A stretch of DNA of 64,000 nucleotides from Candidatus Atelocyanobacterium thalassae (GCA_051971635.1 JBFPLN010000001.1:192001-256000), one strand, 5' to 3'. Shown: positions 10,833 through 22,004, counted from the stretch's first letter. Notes: generated by a model from the sequence alone, not told the origin. Translations and numbers: made by a program.

Positions 10833-11918
10833 TTACATACCAACTTGTTTAATAAATTCTTGAACTATGTTTAAACTAACTGTGTCACGAATAATTACAA
10901 AAATTCCTAGTCCTAATAGCAAAGCAAGACCAGTTTGCATAATACTTTCTTGAAACCTAGTAGGTAAAGGTTTTCCCAGAAAACCTTCTATCAATAAGAA
11001 GACCAATTGTCCACCATCTAATGCAGGCAAAGGCAAGATATTAATAATAGCTAAATTAATGCTTATGAGTGCGCCAAATTGAAACAAATTTCCAAGATTA
11101 TTTTGAGCAATACTGGCTCCATATTCGACAATCTTAACAGGACCAGCAATTTGTTGTACATTTTGTTGAAAATGACTTATTAATTGCCAAAATCCCTGAA
11201 TTGTAAGGGTAAAAGCATTTAAATAGGTTTTACTACTGTGAACAAATATTTCTATTAAATTCTTGGCATGACTTGACTCAATATTAGGCAATAATCCCAC
11301 TCCAATTTTACCTTTTCCTTCCTCAGTTAGGTCAGGTATTACGATTAAATCTAATATTTCATCTTTTCTTTTGACAGTTAAATTTAAAGGTTTATTGATC
11401 GAGTTTTGTACTTTTTCAACGAATAATGTAGTTGCATCGGGAAATTCTTTTAACGGATGTTGATCTATAGATAAGATAATATCTCCTTCTCTTATTCCCG
11501 CAACCATAGCTGCAGAATCATTATCTATTTGAGGAACCATTAATCCTGGTTGTAAATTTTGAATACCCATTACAGTAGTCTGTCCAATGAAAAGGAAATA
11601 AGCAAAAACCAGATTTGCTATCACTCCTGCGCTAATGACTATTGCTCGATCAAGAATAGGACGATTACGAAGTAAATTAGGATCATCAACTGCTATCGTA
11701 CTTTCTGGATCGTCATCAGGAAAACCTACAAATCCACCCAGAGGTATGAGACAAAAGGTATATTCAGTTTCTTTCCCTTGATATTTTGCTAAGACAGGTC
11801 CAAAACCTATAGAAAACCGTTTAACATGAATCCCTTGTAATCTTGCAGCACAAAAATGACCTAACTCATGAACAACAATTAAAATAACTAAAACTGTGAT
11901 TGCCGCCAATATTGACAT
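10833..11918 (-). CDS. rseP: RIP metalloprotease RseP (M50, with PDZ)
   Basis: HELGH, FSIGFGP, PDZ region, NILPLPALDGG. Confidence 0.96.
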   Translation of the reverse strand: MSILAAITVLVILIVVHELGHFCAARLQGIHVKRFSIGFGPVLAKYQGKETEYTFCLIPLGGFVGFPDDDPESTIAVDDPNLLRNRPILDRAIVISAGVIANLVFAYFLFIGQTTVMGIQNLQPGLMVPQIDNDSAAMVAGIREGDIILSIDQHPLKEFPDATTLFVEKVQNSINKPLNLTVKRKDEILDLIVIPDLTEEGKGKIGVGLLPNIESSHAKNLIEIFVHSSKTYLNAFTLTIQGFWQLISHFQQNVQQIAGPVKIVEYGASIAQNNLGNLFQFGALISINLAIINILPLPALDGGQLVFLLIEGFLGKPLPTRFQESIMQTGLALLLGLGIFVIIRDTVSLNIVQEFIKQVGM

Positions 11919-12065
11919 AATAAATTAGTTGATTATCAGATATTTAACATCTTTATATTGTAAAACATATGGTAATGCCCTTTCATTCTCAATTAATGAC
12001 TGATAAAAAGTACTGGTATATGATATTTACTAGTTAAAATTTAAAACAATAATTTCGATATTTTT

Positions 12066-13508
12066 ATGACATTTAATCAAAATCCGATAAAGTTTGGAAC
12101 AGATGGATGGCGTGGTGTTATCGCAGCAGATTTTACCTTTGAAAGAGTTGCTATTCTTGCTCCTATATCTGCTCAAGTTTTGTTAAATAATTATGGGACA
12201 ATATCTAATAACCATACTATTATCATAGGTTATGATCGACGTTTTTTAGCTGAAGAATTTGCCAAGGCTGCTGCTGATTCTTTAGTTGAGTCTGGTTTTA
12301 ATGTTGCCTTCTCTCAGTCTTATGCTCCAACTCCTGCTTTCAGCTGGGAAGTTAAGGCACAAAATGCTTTAGGAGCTATTATATTAACTGCCAGTCATAA
12401 TCCTGGAAAATATCTAGGAATAAAAGTTAAAGGAGCTTTTGGTGGTTCAGTTTCCTCTCAAATTACTCAGCAAATTGAAGATTTATTACACAATACCCCC
12501 AAATTTTCTGAAAAGCCAGGTACGTTAAACTTTTTTGATCCTTGGAAGGGTTATTCCCAAGAATTAAAAAATAAAGTCAATATTGAAAAAATTCAAAAAG
12601 CAATCAACGCAAAAAAACTAACTATCTTTGCTGATGTTATGCATGGGGCTGCAGCGACTGGCTTAGAAAGATTATTAGAATGTCCTATACAAGAGATTAA
12701 CAGCCATCGAGATCCTCTTTTCGGAGGTCATGCCCCAGAGCCTTTACCTTGCAATATTACAAAATTATCAACTACGATTAAAAAATTTAATTCTAATAAG
12801 AACTGTGGTTTAAGTATAGGATTGGTCTTTGACGGGGATGCTGATCGAATTGCAGCGGTTGATAGACAAGGAAATTTTCTTAGCTCTCAAATTTTACTTC
12901 CTATTCTTATAGATCATCTAGTAATACATAAAAAACTAAAAGGTGAAATTATTAAAACTGTTAGCAGTTCGGACTTAATTTCTCGCTTAGCAAATTTATA
13001 TAATTTGCCGGTTCATGAAACCCCCATAGGTTATAAATATATAGCCGATAGAATGCTAGACAATAATGTTTTGATAGGGGGAGAAGAATCTGGAGGAATT
13101 GGTTACGGAATACATATACCTGAAAGAGATGCATTATTATCAGCACTATATCTTTTAGAAGCAATAGTTGAGAGTGGTGATGATTTAGGAGAGTATTATC
13201 TGAAATTACAAGAAAAGGTAAAATTCTTTAATGCTTATAATCGTATTGATTTACCGTTATCAAGTTTTGATATACGTTTAAAATTAATCAAGTATTTAGA
13301 AACACAATCTTTTGATAAAATTGCAAATGAAATTGTCCTTAAGTGCGACAAAAAAGACGGTTATAAATATTATCTAAAAGATAAAAGCTGGTTGCTCATA
13401 CGTTTTTCTGGAACAGAACCGATTTTAAGATTATATTGCGAATCTTCAACCTTGGAAAAGGTTGATAGAATTCTAGAATGGATTAAAAAATGGGTTGACT
13501 TGGTTTAA
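12066..13508 (+). CDS. Phosphoglucomutase/phosphomannomutase family protein
   Basis: FGTDGWRG, phosphoserine motif TASHNP, metal loop DGDADR, GEESGG, RFSGTEP. Confidence 0.95.
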   Translation: MTFNQNPIKFGTDGWRGVIAADFTFERVAILAPISAQVLLNNYGTISNNHTIIIGYDRRFLAEEFAKAAADSLVESGFNVAFSQSYAPTPAFSWEVKAQNALGAIILTASHNPGKYLGIKVKGAFGGSVSSQITQQIEDLLHNTPKFSEKPGTLNFFDPWKGYSQELKNKVNIEKIQKAINAKKLTIFADVMHGAAATGLERLLECPIQEINSHRDPLFGGHAPEPLPCNITKLSTTIKKFNSNKNCGLSIGLVFDGDADRIAAVDRQGNFLSSQILLPILIDHLVIHKKLKGEIIKTVSSSDLISRLANLYNLPVHETPIGYKYIADRMLDNNVLIGGEESGGIGYGIHIPERDALLSALYLLEAIVESGDDLGEYYLKLQEKVKFFNAYNRIDLPLSSFDIRLKLIKYLETQSFDKIANEIVLKCDKKDGYKYYLKDKSWLLIRFSGTEPILRLYCESSTLEKVDRILEWIKKWVDLV

Positions 13509-13583
13509 AAGAACATGATTTATTAGCATAAAGATATTCTATGTGTTCTTAATACGGAAATAACATCAAAAATAATTAAAATA

Positions 13584-13781
13584 ATGCAATCATATCAAAC
13601 AATAAAACTAGCACAGTTTCTTAAATGGAAAAAATTAGTAAGTAGTGGAGGAGAAGCGAAAATTAAGATACAAGGAAAAGAAGTATTACTTAATGGCAAC
13701 GTTGAAACTCAAAGAGGTAAGAAATTAGTAACAGGGGATATAGTAACTTTTAATGGAATAGAATATGAAGTCTTACTTTAA
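13584..13781 (+). CDS. RNA-binding S4 domain protein (YaaA/YbcJ-like)
   Basis: IKLAQFLKW...SSGGEAK...NGNVETQRGKKL. Confidence 0.92.
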   Translation: MQSYQTIKLAQFLKWKKLVSSGGEAKIKIQGKEVLLNGNVETQRGKKLVTGDIVTFNGIEYEVLL

Positions 13782-13818
13782 TAAATCTGTTACATAAATA
13801 ATAAAAATAATATGTCTG

Positions 13819-14952
13819 CTAATTATTAGACTTCATTGATAAATCTTCAAGAATTTTATCTTTAATAATTAACGCTGTTGCCGGAGCTAGTAAAACACCA
13901 TTACGATAGTGACCAGTTGCCAATAATATATTAGGATAATGAGGAATTTTTCGTATTATAGGAGCTATTTCTCCATCAGGACGAGGACGTTTGCCAGACC
14001 AAGTTTTGGTAATATTTCCATTTTTAAGATCTGGACATATGGAGAATACTTGTCTCTTAATTTGTTCTAAAAATTTTGAGTGGGCTAACATTTCTCCATG
14101 TTTATGAGGAAATTCTACTGTTGAACCAGCCCAATATCTTTTTGGATTAATTGGAATAATATTAACATCTTTCCCAGTAATTATAGGGAGAAAATTGGGA
14201 TCTCCTAAAGAAGTGTCTAGATCAATTTGTATTCCTTGTCCAATGACAGGCTTAATTTTTACTATAGTTTCTAATTTATTAACTAGTTTGTTTGAACCTA
14301 AACCAGCACTTATAATTATGTAATCCGCTGTTAATACTTGTTTTAATGTTTTAGAATAACAGGTTAAACTATGACTTAAATTATGGTTTGATGGTGAAGA
14401 TATTTTTTGAACTTTAGTATTAAATAAGCAATTCACCCCATTCAAAGATGCTCCCAAAACTAAAGCTTCCGTTATTTCGACTGGGTTTATCTGAAAATCT
14501 TGTGGGGAATAAATAGCTCCAGTTACTTTATCATCTTTAATATGTGGGCACTTTTTAAAAAGAGTATCTTTACTCCATGTTTCTAATAAATAGCCAGAAA
14601 AATTACGAATTTTAACTAAATCTTTCCACTTTTCTAAATAGTTATCTAGATAATGAAGTGACAAGATTCCTTGGTAATTAACTGATATTGGTTTCTGAGT
14701 TAATCTTTCAAGTTCAGGAATTAATGTTTTATAACGCTTTAAACTTATTTTACATAACTCCCATCTTCTGCCTCTAGTTTTATGACTTGCAACTCCCATC
14801 AAAACTCCTAATGCTCCTTTTGTGGAAGAAGATGCAGGCGATTTCTCATCAACTAGAATAACTTCTATGCCGTTTAATAAACTAAGCTCATAAGCTATTG
14901 CTGATCCTATAATCCCAGCTCCAATAACAACGATACGGGGTATTTTATTCAA
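13819..14952 (-). CDS. FAD-dependent oxidoreductase (DAO / glycine oxidase-like)
   Basis: IVVIGAGIIG FAD motif, GKRPRP, ATGHYRNGVLLAP. Confidence 0.88.
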   Translation of the reverse strand: MNKIPRIVVIGAGIIGSAIAYELSLLNGIEVILVDEKSPASSSTKGALGVLMGVASHKTRGRRWELCKISLKRYKTLIPELERLTQKPISVNYQGILSLHYLDNYLEKWKDLVKIRNFSGYLLETWSKDTLFKKCPHIKDDKVTGAIYSPQDFQINPVEITEALVLGASLNGVNCLFNTKVQKISSPSNHNLSHSLTCYSKTLKQVLTADYIIISAGLGSNKLVNKLETIVKIKPVIGQGIQIDLDTSLGDPNFLPIITGKDVNIIPINPKRYWAGSTVEFPHKHGEMLAHSKFLEQIKRQVFSICPDLKNGNITKTWSGKRPRPDGEIAPIIRKIPHYPNILLATGHYRNGVLLAPATALIIKDKILEDLSMKSNN

Positions 14953-15048
14953 TCAATTCTTAAATATAGTTATATTCAACAGTAGTCAAAAATTAGAATT
15001 TGACTTCTATATCGCCTTATATCATCTAATCAACTAATTACTTTAAAG

Positions 15049-15591
15049 TCAATTCCTTTGTGTTTTTTGTCCCAAAACACTTAAATTCATAACATGCCCT
15101 CCTATTATTAAATAAGTTGTGTCGACTATGCTTCCTAGCTTAGAAACAATATGTCCAAGTCGATCACGAAATAATCTACCAAGTGGATATGCCGGAACAA
15201 CTCCCCATCCTGTTTCCTCAGCAACAAAAATTAAGCTTACAGATGTTTTTTCAATACATGCTAGAAATTCTATAACAATTTGGTCCCAATCCTTATCATT
15301 TTCATCTAATTTATTTGCTACCCAGGTTCCTAGGGAGTCAATCAACAAGCAAGAAGAAGGTACTGCTGTGTCAATGGTTTTTATAAGATCATAAGGTACA
15401 GCCAAAGTTTTCCAATTACTAGGTCTACGATCACGATGCTTTTTTATACGAGTTTGCCACTGAAAATCAGCAGGATTTTCAATGGCTGTTGCTACATAAA
15501 TAACTTGATCATATAACCTATTAGCTAGATTCTCGGCATATTCACTTTTACCTGAGCAAGTTGGTCCTATGATTAAAGTATGTTTCGGCAT
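15049..15591 (-). CDS. cobU: Bifunctional adenosylcobinamide kinase / adenosylcobinamide-phosphate guanylyltransferase
   Basis: P-loop GPTCSGKSEYAE, YVATA, RIKKHRDRRP..W, EETGWGVVP...RLFRD.LG. Confidence 0.93.
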   Translation of the reverse strand: MPKHTLIIGPTCSGKSEYAENLANRLYDQVIYVATAIENPADFQWQTRIKKHRDRRPSNWKTLAVPYDLIKTIDTAVPSSCLLIDSLGTWVANKLDENDKDWDQIVIEFLACIEKTSVSLIFVAEETGWGVVPAYPLGRLFRDRLGHIVSKLGSIVDTTYLIIGGHVMNLSVLGQKTQRN

Positions 15592-15889
15592 TTTGTTGAG
15601 TCTTTATTTAATAAATTATTAATAAAATGAACTATTTGAAATTTTTCTAACAAACAGTTAGAGTTCTGTCATTATATTTATTTTATGAGATATAAATATA
15701 GAATGAATAAAAAATTATTTAAGATATACTGACAAGATAGAAGTAAGCCAATAATCTTACAGAAAAATGCTTGTATAAATAGTTAGCCACTATGATAAAA
15801 GCTTTAAATATAAAACTATTCTTAAAGTTAATAAATAATTTTTATTGAAATATATAATCCTTAAAATATTCTATTAACTACTTAACTTT

Positions 15890-17683
15890 TTATAAAGTGT
15901 TCTGATTTTGCTTTAGGCTTATCATATAAGCTAGCCTAAGATTGAAAAAAGCATTAACTACAAGAAATAGGCTTGATATATCAGTAAAATATATACCCCA
16001 AACCTTTGAATAAATAGCTGCATGAACTAATAAGAAGCCTGTTATTCCAATATTCATGCCAATTATAAAGTGTTTCCATCCATAAAATTGAATAAGTATA
16101 ATAGATAAAAAATAAGATAGAAGAAAACTGACGATAAAAGGATTAAGCGTAGTAGTCCCTCTTATAGAGTTTTCTAATTCAAAAAATGAACTTCCAAGAA
16201 TACGGAATGGCAACTGAGGTAGATCAAATATATAAAATTCTTTTAAGAAAAAGAGTCCTGAACTTCCTAATACGATACCTAAGTTAAAAGAAAATGAATA
16301 AATAAAAGAATAAGTACGAAACAATAATAAAACAAACAAGTAAGAAAGGCTTAACATATAGATTTTAGGTAAATAGTTGACAGCTTGACTATCTATCCAA
16401 AAATTAAAGTTAAGATTGTAAAAATTCTTAAACCAACGAAAGGAATGTTTTGAAATAATTTCTTTGTTGAAAGCTATTTGAATAGCTTTTTCTGCATCTA
16501 ATTGTCCTGCTCCAAAATAGTTAAATGGATCTCGATTCACTTTACGTGAAGATTGAAGCAATATTTTAAAAACATCGTTAGCTTTTTGATAATTAGCAGC
16601 TTTTACTAAAGCTGCTACTCCAGTGACGTGAGCAGCAGCTACACTAGTTCCTTCTAATTTTTGAAAATTTATATTTTTAGTATTCTGATTAACTTCTTGT
16701 TGAACACTTATATTGTTATTACTGCTTCCTGGAGCAGAGATATCAACTTTTGCACCAAAGTTTGAATAGGATGCTTTATTACCTGTTTTGTCTAAGGCTG
16801 AAACACTTATAACTTTTTGATATCGGGCGGGATAAGATGCTGTATTATTATTATCGTTTCCTGCTGCAGCAATAATAATAACACTTTTGTTATAGGCATA
16901 ATTTATAGCATTTTCTAATATCTGGCTTTTATTTTCTCCTCCTAAACTCATATTAATAATATCAGCACCATTATCAGTAGCATATCGTATTGCGTCAGCA
17001 ATATCTGAAGTCAAACCTTCTCCTGCTTTAGAGAGAACCTTTAAAGGCATTATTCTTAATTTATTAAATACTTTTTTATCATTAACAGTTTGCTTTATTA
17101 TTTTAGCTATATGTGTACCATGTCCGTTATTATCAGAGGCATAGTTCCTATCGTTTACAAAATCATAACCTGAAGTAAACTTAATTCTTTTAAGTTCAGA
17201 TACTCTATTAACCCCTGTATCTATAATCGCAATAGTTATTTTTTTATCTGATATTTCATCAATATTTCTATCTAAATGTATATTAGATAAATTCCATTTT
17301 TCATGAGTAAGAGGAAGTTGAAAAGGATTACTGTATTTTGTTAAAGCTTTATAAATATAATTGGGTTCTATATAGTCTACATATTGATTTAGAGAAGATT
17401 TTTTCAGTCTTTTTAATAACGTTTCATCTCCCCGTATTGTATAAATATTTTCATCAATAGAGTAGACACTATTAAGGCTTATAGTGGTTTTATAATCATG
17501 AGAAATCTTTTTTATTTGTTTACTTAAAACTGTGGTAGGTACATCTTCGCGAAAATTAATGATAATCGAACTATACTCCTTTTTATTTACAAGTCCATGA
17601 GTATTTATCAAAAAGATTGATAAACTTATCATGAATGAAATTAAGAATAATAATTTTCTTTTTACTTTCTTTTTTATTGACAT
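15890..17683 (-). CDS. Membrane-anchored S8 (subtilisin-like) serine peptidase, diverged
   Basis: Triad motifs IAIIDTG, NGHGTHIA and GTSVA; oxyanion AAAGN; N-terminal signal/TM and a hydrophobic multi-TM C-terminus. Confidence 0.85.
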   Translation of the reverse strand: MSIKKKVKRKLLFLISFMISLSIFLINTHGLVNKKEYSSIIINFREDVPTTVLSKQIKKISHDYKTTISLNSVYSIDENIYTIRGDETLLKRLKKSSLNQYVDYIEPNYIYKALTKYSNPFQLPLTHEKWNLSNIHLDRNIDEISDKKITIAIIDTGVNRVSELKRIKFTSGYDFVNDRNYASDNNGHGTHIAKIIKQTVNDKKVFNKLRIMPLKVLSKAGEGLTSDIADAIRYATDNGADIINMSLGGENKSQILENAINYAYNKSVIIIAAAGNDNNNTASYPARYQKVISVSALDKTGNKASYSNFGAKVDISAPGSSNNNISVQQEVNQNTKNINFQKLEGTSVAAAHVTGVAALVKAANYQKANDVFKILLQSSRKVNRDPFNYFGAGQLDAEKAIQIAFNKEIISKHSFRWFKNFYNLNFNFWIDSQAVNYLPKIYMLSLSYLFVLLLFRTYSFIYSFSFNLGIVLGSSGLFFLKEFYIFDLPQLPFRILGSSFFELENSIRGTTTLNPFIVSFLLSYFLSIILIQFYGWKHFIIGMNIGITGFLLVHAAIYSKVWGIYFTDISSLFLVVNAFFNLRLAYMISLKQNQNTL

Positions 17684-18013
17684 TATTTAGTGATTTATAA
17701 GTTGAAAAATAAATTGAATATGCATTCTTTATTTTTTTAGGCAACGCTATCATTGAGTTTACCAAAATAATATTAAGGTATAATCACTGACGATGTACAA
17801 CAAAATTAAAGAATTTAAAGCTTATTAAATTAATGTTTTAAGATTACTACCTTGAACAATATTAGTTGCTGAGAAGATAAATAAATAGTATCTAATTTCA
17901 GATATCTATTGAGCTCATTTATCTAAAAACTATATTGATTATAAAATAATAAACATTCCAGAAACATTTATATAACTTACTAAAAAATAATATAAGATTA
18001 TAGAAAATTTATC

Positions 18014-18586
18014 TTGGTAAAATTACTGATGAATAATGATTTACTTCAAGGAATTAATATTTTTTTGGTTGGGATGATGGGAAGTGGTAAAACAACTGTA
18101 GGAAAAGAATTAGCACAACATCTTAAATATCGTTTTTTTGATACAGATACCTTAATTGAACAGATAAAAAAGAAGACTATTAACGATATTTTTCTTGAAG
18201 AAGGAGAAGAAGCATTTCGTATTCTTGAAAGTAAGGTCCTATCAGAATTAGCATCATGTACAAAGAGTGTTATAGCCACAGGAGGAGGAATTGTATTAGA
18301 GAAAAAAAATTGGAGTTATCTACACCATGGTTTAATTATTTGGCTAGATACTTCAGTTCCTCTTCTTACAAAAAGACTTAATAATGTTACTTCTCGTCCT
18401 TTATTAAAACAAAACCAGTTAAGTACAGAGCTAGATATATTATTAAAACAGCGTCATGCATTATATGAACAAGGAGATTTGAAAGTTACTGTTGATGAAA
18501 ATGATAGTTCTGATGATACTGTAAATAAAATTTTAAAATCAATTCCTACTGTCATAAAAAATAATCCATCAGAAGTTTCCAGCTAA
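18014..18586 (+). CDS. aroK: Shikimate kinase
   Basis: GMMGSGKTTVG, DTD, GEEAFR, IATGGG, RPLL. The true start may be the ATG at 18029. Confidence 0.95.
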   Translation: MVKLLMNNDLLQGINIFLVGMMGSGKTTVGKELAQHLKYRFFDTDTLIEQIKKKTINDIFLEEGEEAFRILESKVLSELASCTKSVIATGGGIVLEKKNWSYLHHGLIIWLDTSVPLLTKRLNNVTSRPLLKQNQLSTELDILLKQRHALYEQGDLKVTVDENDSSDDTVNKILKSIPTVIKNNPSEVSS

Positions 18587-18648
18587 TAAGATATAAAAGG
18601 TTATTAAGTTTTCACAATAAAATTTATAATCAATACTAAAACAAAGGA

Positions 18649-19353
18649 TTACCTTCTTGAATTATGAATTTCTTTCCCCTTGTCAGTTGCTAGAGAAGGA
18701 TAACCAGCTTCAATAAGTGCTTGATCACGTATTCGGCAAGAATCACATAATCCACATGGTTCATGACCACCTTTGTAACAGGACCATGTTTTTTCAATAG
18801 GGATTCCTAATCTAACAGCTTCTTTAATAATATCAACTTTATTCTTTTTGATTAGAGGAGCAACTAACTGTGGTGTATTTCCTTCAATTCCAGCTTTTGA
18901 TGAAAGCCCCGCAAGATCCTGATAGGTTTTAAGATATTCAGAACGACAATCAGGATAACCCGAATAATCAATCATATTTATACCTAAATAAATAGCCTTT
19001 GCACCTTTAGCTTCAGCTAATGAAAGAGCAATCGCTATAAAAACTGTGTTTCTACCAGGAACATAAGTAGAAGGTATCTGATCAGGATTAATTCCATCTA
19101 AAGGCACAGATAAAGATTGGTCAGTTAATGAAGATCCTCCCCATTGAGAAATATCAACATTAATTATGTAGTGTGAATCTATTCCTAAATCTTTAGCAAT
19201 TATCTTAGCTGATTCCAGCTCTTTATGATGAAGTTGTCCATAACTTAAAGAGAGAGCAATAAGCTTATAACCTCGAGAAGCAGCGATCGCTGCTGAAGTA
19301 GCCGAATCAAGACCTCCTGAAAGTAAAACAACTGCTAAAGGCTTATCGCACAT
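18649..19353 (-). CDS. queC: 7-cyano-7-deazaguanine synthase
   Basis: [24 protein letters not shown]...CGLCDSC. Confidence 0.97.
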   Translation of the reverse strand: MCDKPLAVVLLSGGLDSATSAAIAASRGYKLIALSLSYGQLHHKELESAKIIAKDLGIDSHYIINVDISQWGGSSLTDQSLSVPLDGINPDQIPSTYVPGRNTVFIAIALSLAEAKGAKAIYLGINMIDYSGYPDCRSEYLKTYQDLAGLSSKAGIEGNTPQLVAPLIKKNKVDIIKEAVRLGIPIEKTWSCYKGGHEPCGLCDSCRIRDQALIEAGYPSLATDKGKEIHNSRR

Positions 19354-19626
19354 TTAATTATAAATTACTAAATTTTAGCTATACATAAAGAAAAGATTAT
19401 CATATAAAGATTTAACAGTAAACTTGATTTTCATAATAATTATACCTATATTACATCTTGGAGACATAGAACTTTTCTTTAAGAAGCCAGAAAAATGGAC
19501 AAAAAAAATCATGAAATATTTAGGTAATTCCAAGTTAATTAGTTTACTGAATCTCTTGACTTTACATTTCTCATCGTTTTAGTAATAAATTTTCTGGGAC
19601 ATTTCTTAAAATTTTTAAATAAATAT

Positions 19627-19740
19627 CATTATGATGCTAGAGGTATAAATTTTAAAGATGGAAAATAATATGAAATTCAAGACGCAAATAAATGAACCAT
19701 GAAAGGTATGCCAGAACTTAATAAATACTATTCCTTAACA
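19627..19740 (+). pseudogene. Possible eroded gene relic of unknown identity
   Basis: One frame reads HYDARGINFKDGK*YEIQDANK*TMKGMPELNKYYSLT, protein-like with two in-frame stops, inside a 690-nt spacer. Confidence 0.3.
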
Positions 19741-20044
19741 ATTATATATATGCTACGCTTATAATAACGTTTTAAAAAACTTAGCTAGAATCTAAAGATA
19801 CTTTAGATGTATACTAGATTGCGAAGATTATCTAACTCGCCGATCTTAATAAATTACTAATTATCAGCTTTTGAGCTTCAATAAGTATCTTCCTAAAAGC
19901 TAGATGAAGCTGACTTATGATAATTGAATTAAAGAGAATTATATATTCAAAAATTAAATAAGAATTTTAATTAAATTGGTGAATAGATAATAGGCGGAAT
20001 GCCTCACAATAACAAAGGGAAATTCTTAAGGAGTTCACTCATAA

Positions 20045-20752
20045 ATGATGCTAGCATACACCCTATCTGTTACTGCGGGACTTGCGAGTCTATTTTTTTA
20101 CTTATCAGCATTTTTTTTCCCTAGATTACATAGAAAAGATGATTTTCTTTGGAGTGCTCTTGGACTGTTCTATTCTTTATCTCTCTGGATTGGCGTAGAG
20201 AAAGTAACAGGGGGTTTATTGTTAGGCCAATTATGTATTCTAATTTTGGTCTTGTCTTTTGGATGGCAAAATTTTCGATTGAGGAGTAAAGTTTTTAATT
20301 TGGAAGCCCAAACAAATTTTACTGAATTTTCTTTTTTAGACTGGATTGAGAATTTGTTAAAGAGACAATCTTTTTCTTCTTCTACAACTTCATCCAGTAA
20401 CGATAAAAAAACTAATTCTGATAGTCGTAAGAAAGAATTAAAACTACAGAAAAAAAATACTGTAGAAAATGAAAATATTAATATTTCCCAAAAAACACAA
20501 ATTAATAATCTCTTAAACAGAAAAAAATCTAATACAAAAAATCAAAATTTCTCTTTTAAATCTCTTTTCTCATTTCCTAAATTAGGCCTACAAATTAATC
20601 CTAAATTATCAGAAAATAATATAGGAAAAGAGTTATTAGATACGTCAAACATATTTTCTGGGTCGAGTAAAGAGGTCGAAAACTCTAAAAATCAAATTAG
20701 TGAAAACAAAAAAAATGTTATCAATAATGGTGATAAAGATTCAATAGATTAA
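20045..20752 (+). CDS. ycf66: Ycf66 family protein
   Basis: N-terminal TM domain with FFPRLHRKDDFLWSALGLFY...L.W...TGGLLLGQ...WQ..RLR, then a low-complexity K/N/S tail. Confidence 0.8.
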   Translation: MMLAYTLSVTAGLASLFFYLSAFFFPRLHRKDDFLWSALGLFYSLSLWIGVEKVTGGLLLGQLCILILVLSFGWQNFRLRSKVFNLEAQTNFTEFSFLDWIENLLKRQSFSSSTTSSSNDKKTNSDSRKKELKLQKKNTVENENINISQKTQINNLLNRKKSNTKNQNFSFKSLFSFPKLGLQINPKLSENNIGKELLDTSNIFSGSSKEVENSKNQISENKKNVINNGDKDSID

Positions 20753-20954
20753 TCTTACTAATAATCATTTACATAAAGCTAATAGGTTAAAATCTATAAA
20801 AATAATACTATGGTAACAGTTTGAACATATAACTTTTAGGTAATTTATACTGTTGCTCTTCGTTAATATCTTAACTATCATATTTTTTTAATTACTAAAA
20901 GATATTATCTATAATGCTTTACATATATATTGTATTAGTTTGTTACTATTTATT

Positions 20955-22004
20955 TTAATCTTGCTTAACAATAGAAATCCAAGGATCTAAGATATCTTTA
21001 AATAAAATTTCCTCAATCCATGTTTTAGCAACTACTGTTAAAGGGAGGGCTAATAATAATCCTAATACTCCAAAAAATTGAGCAAAAAATATTTGTACTA
21101 CTAAAGTAACGACTGGAAGTAATGACACCTGTTTAGCCATCACTAAAGGTGTTAACCAATAGCTTTCAATATTTTGAATAATAATATACCAAATAATAAT
21201 TGCTCCTATTTTCCAAGGTTCATCTAGTAACGCTACCATCAATGGAAAAATTACACTAGTAACTGGACCAATATTAGGAATAAAGTTAAGCAATCCGGCT
21301 AATAATGCATGAACCAAGACTAATCTAATTTGTAAAAACCATAATCCTAAGCCACTTAGTGTTCCAATAAATAAACAATTTATAACAATTCCTATCAACC
21401 AATTTCCTAAAGCATTTTCTGAGAGTGTTAAAATTTCATCTCCACGTTTTCGGTAAAATAATGGAAAAAGCTTCAAGAATATACAACGATATCTATGAGG
21501 ATTTAAAATCATCATTATAGTTAATATTAAGATAAAAGTAAGTTGTGAAATAATTGTTAAAGAATTAGAAAAAATTGTGAAGAAGTTTGAAAATATATCT
21601 GTAAATAAAGGTTGTAGCTGGGAAAATAAATTATCTAGAGAAGGAGGTGAAGGCATTAAAAATAAATAACCCTGATTTTCTAAGATTAAAATTAAATAAC
21701 TACGTAATTTTTCCCCAATATTAGGCAACAAACTTAATAATTTTTGAAATTGATCAAAAAAGGGAGGAACTATCAACCAGCTAAATAAAATACTTGCTAT
21801 TGTGATTACAAAAACAATAATTAGAATTCCTAAAATTCTTGGAATTTTAATTTTCTCTAATAATTTAATTAATCTATTTATAGCTGTGGCAAAAATAACA
21901 GCTGTAAATATTAACAACAACATATGTTTAATTTCCCATAAGATGTAGCAAGAAATAATTAAACTAAATAACCCTATCCATTCACCAATATTCATGAAAA
22001 TCAC
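20955..22004 (-). CDS. AI-2E family transporter
   Basis: Multi-TM protein with LNFIPNIGP, IQNIESYWLTP and GLLLALPL. Confidence 0.9.
   Translation of the reverse strand: MIFMNIGEWIGLFSLIISCYILWEIKHMLLLIFTAVIFATAINRLIKLLEKIKIPRILGILIIVFVITIASILFSWLIVPPFFDQFQKLLSLLPNIGEKLRSYLILILENQGYLFLMPSPPSLDNLFSQLQPLFTDIFSNFFTIFSNSLTIISQLTFILILTIMMILNPHRYRCIFLKLFPLFYRKRGDEILTLSENALGNWLIGIVINCLFIGTLSGLGLWFLQIRLVLVHALLAGLLNFIPNIGPVTSVIFPLMVALLDEPWKIGAIIIWYIIIQNIESYWLTPLVMAKQVSLLPVVTLVVQIFFAQFFGVLGLLLALPLTVVAKTWIEEILFKDILDPWISIVKQD

Noticed and set aside
17583..17765. 60-aa ORF overlapping the S8 peptidase start, as a possible frameshifted N-terminus
   Set aside because: The peptidase ORF already has its own basic + hydrophobic signal-like N-terminus. 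The small ORF is low-complexity.
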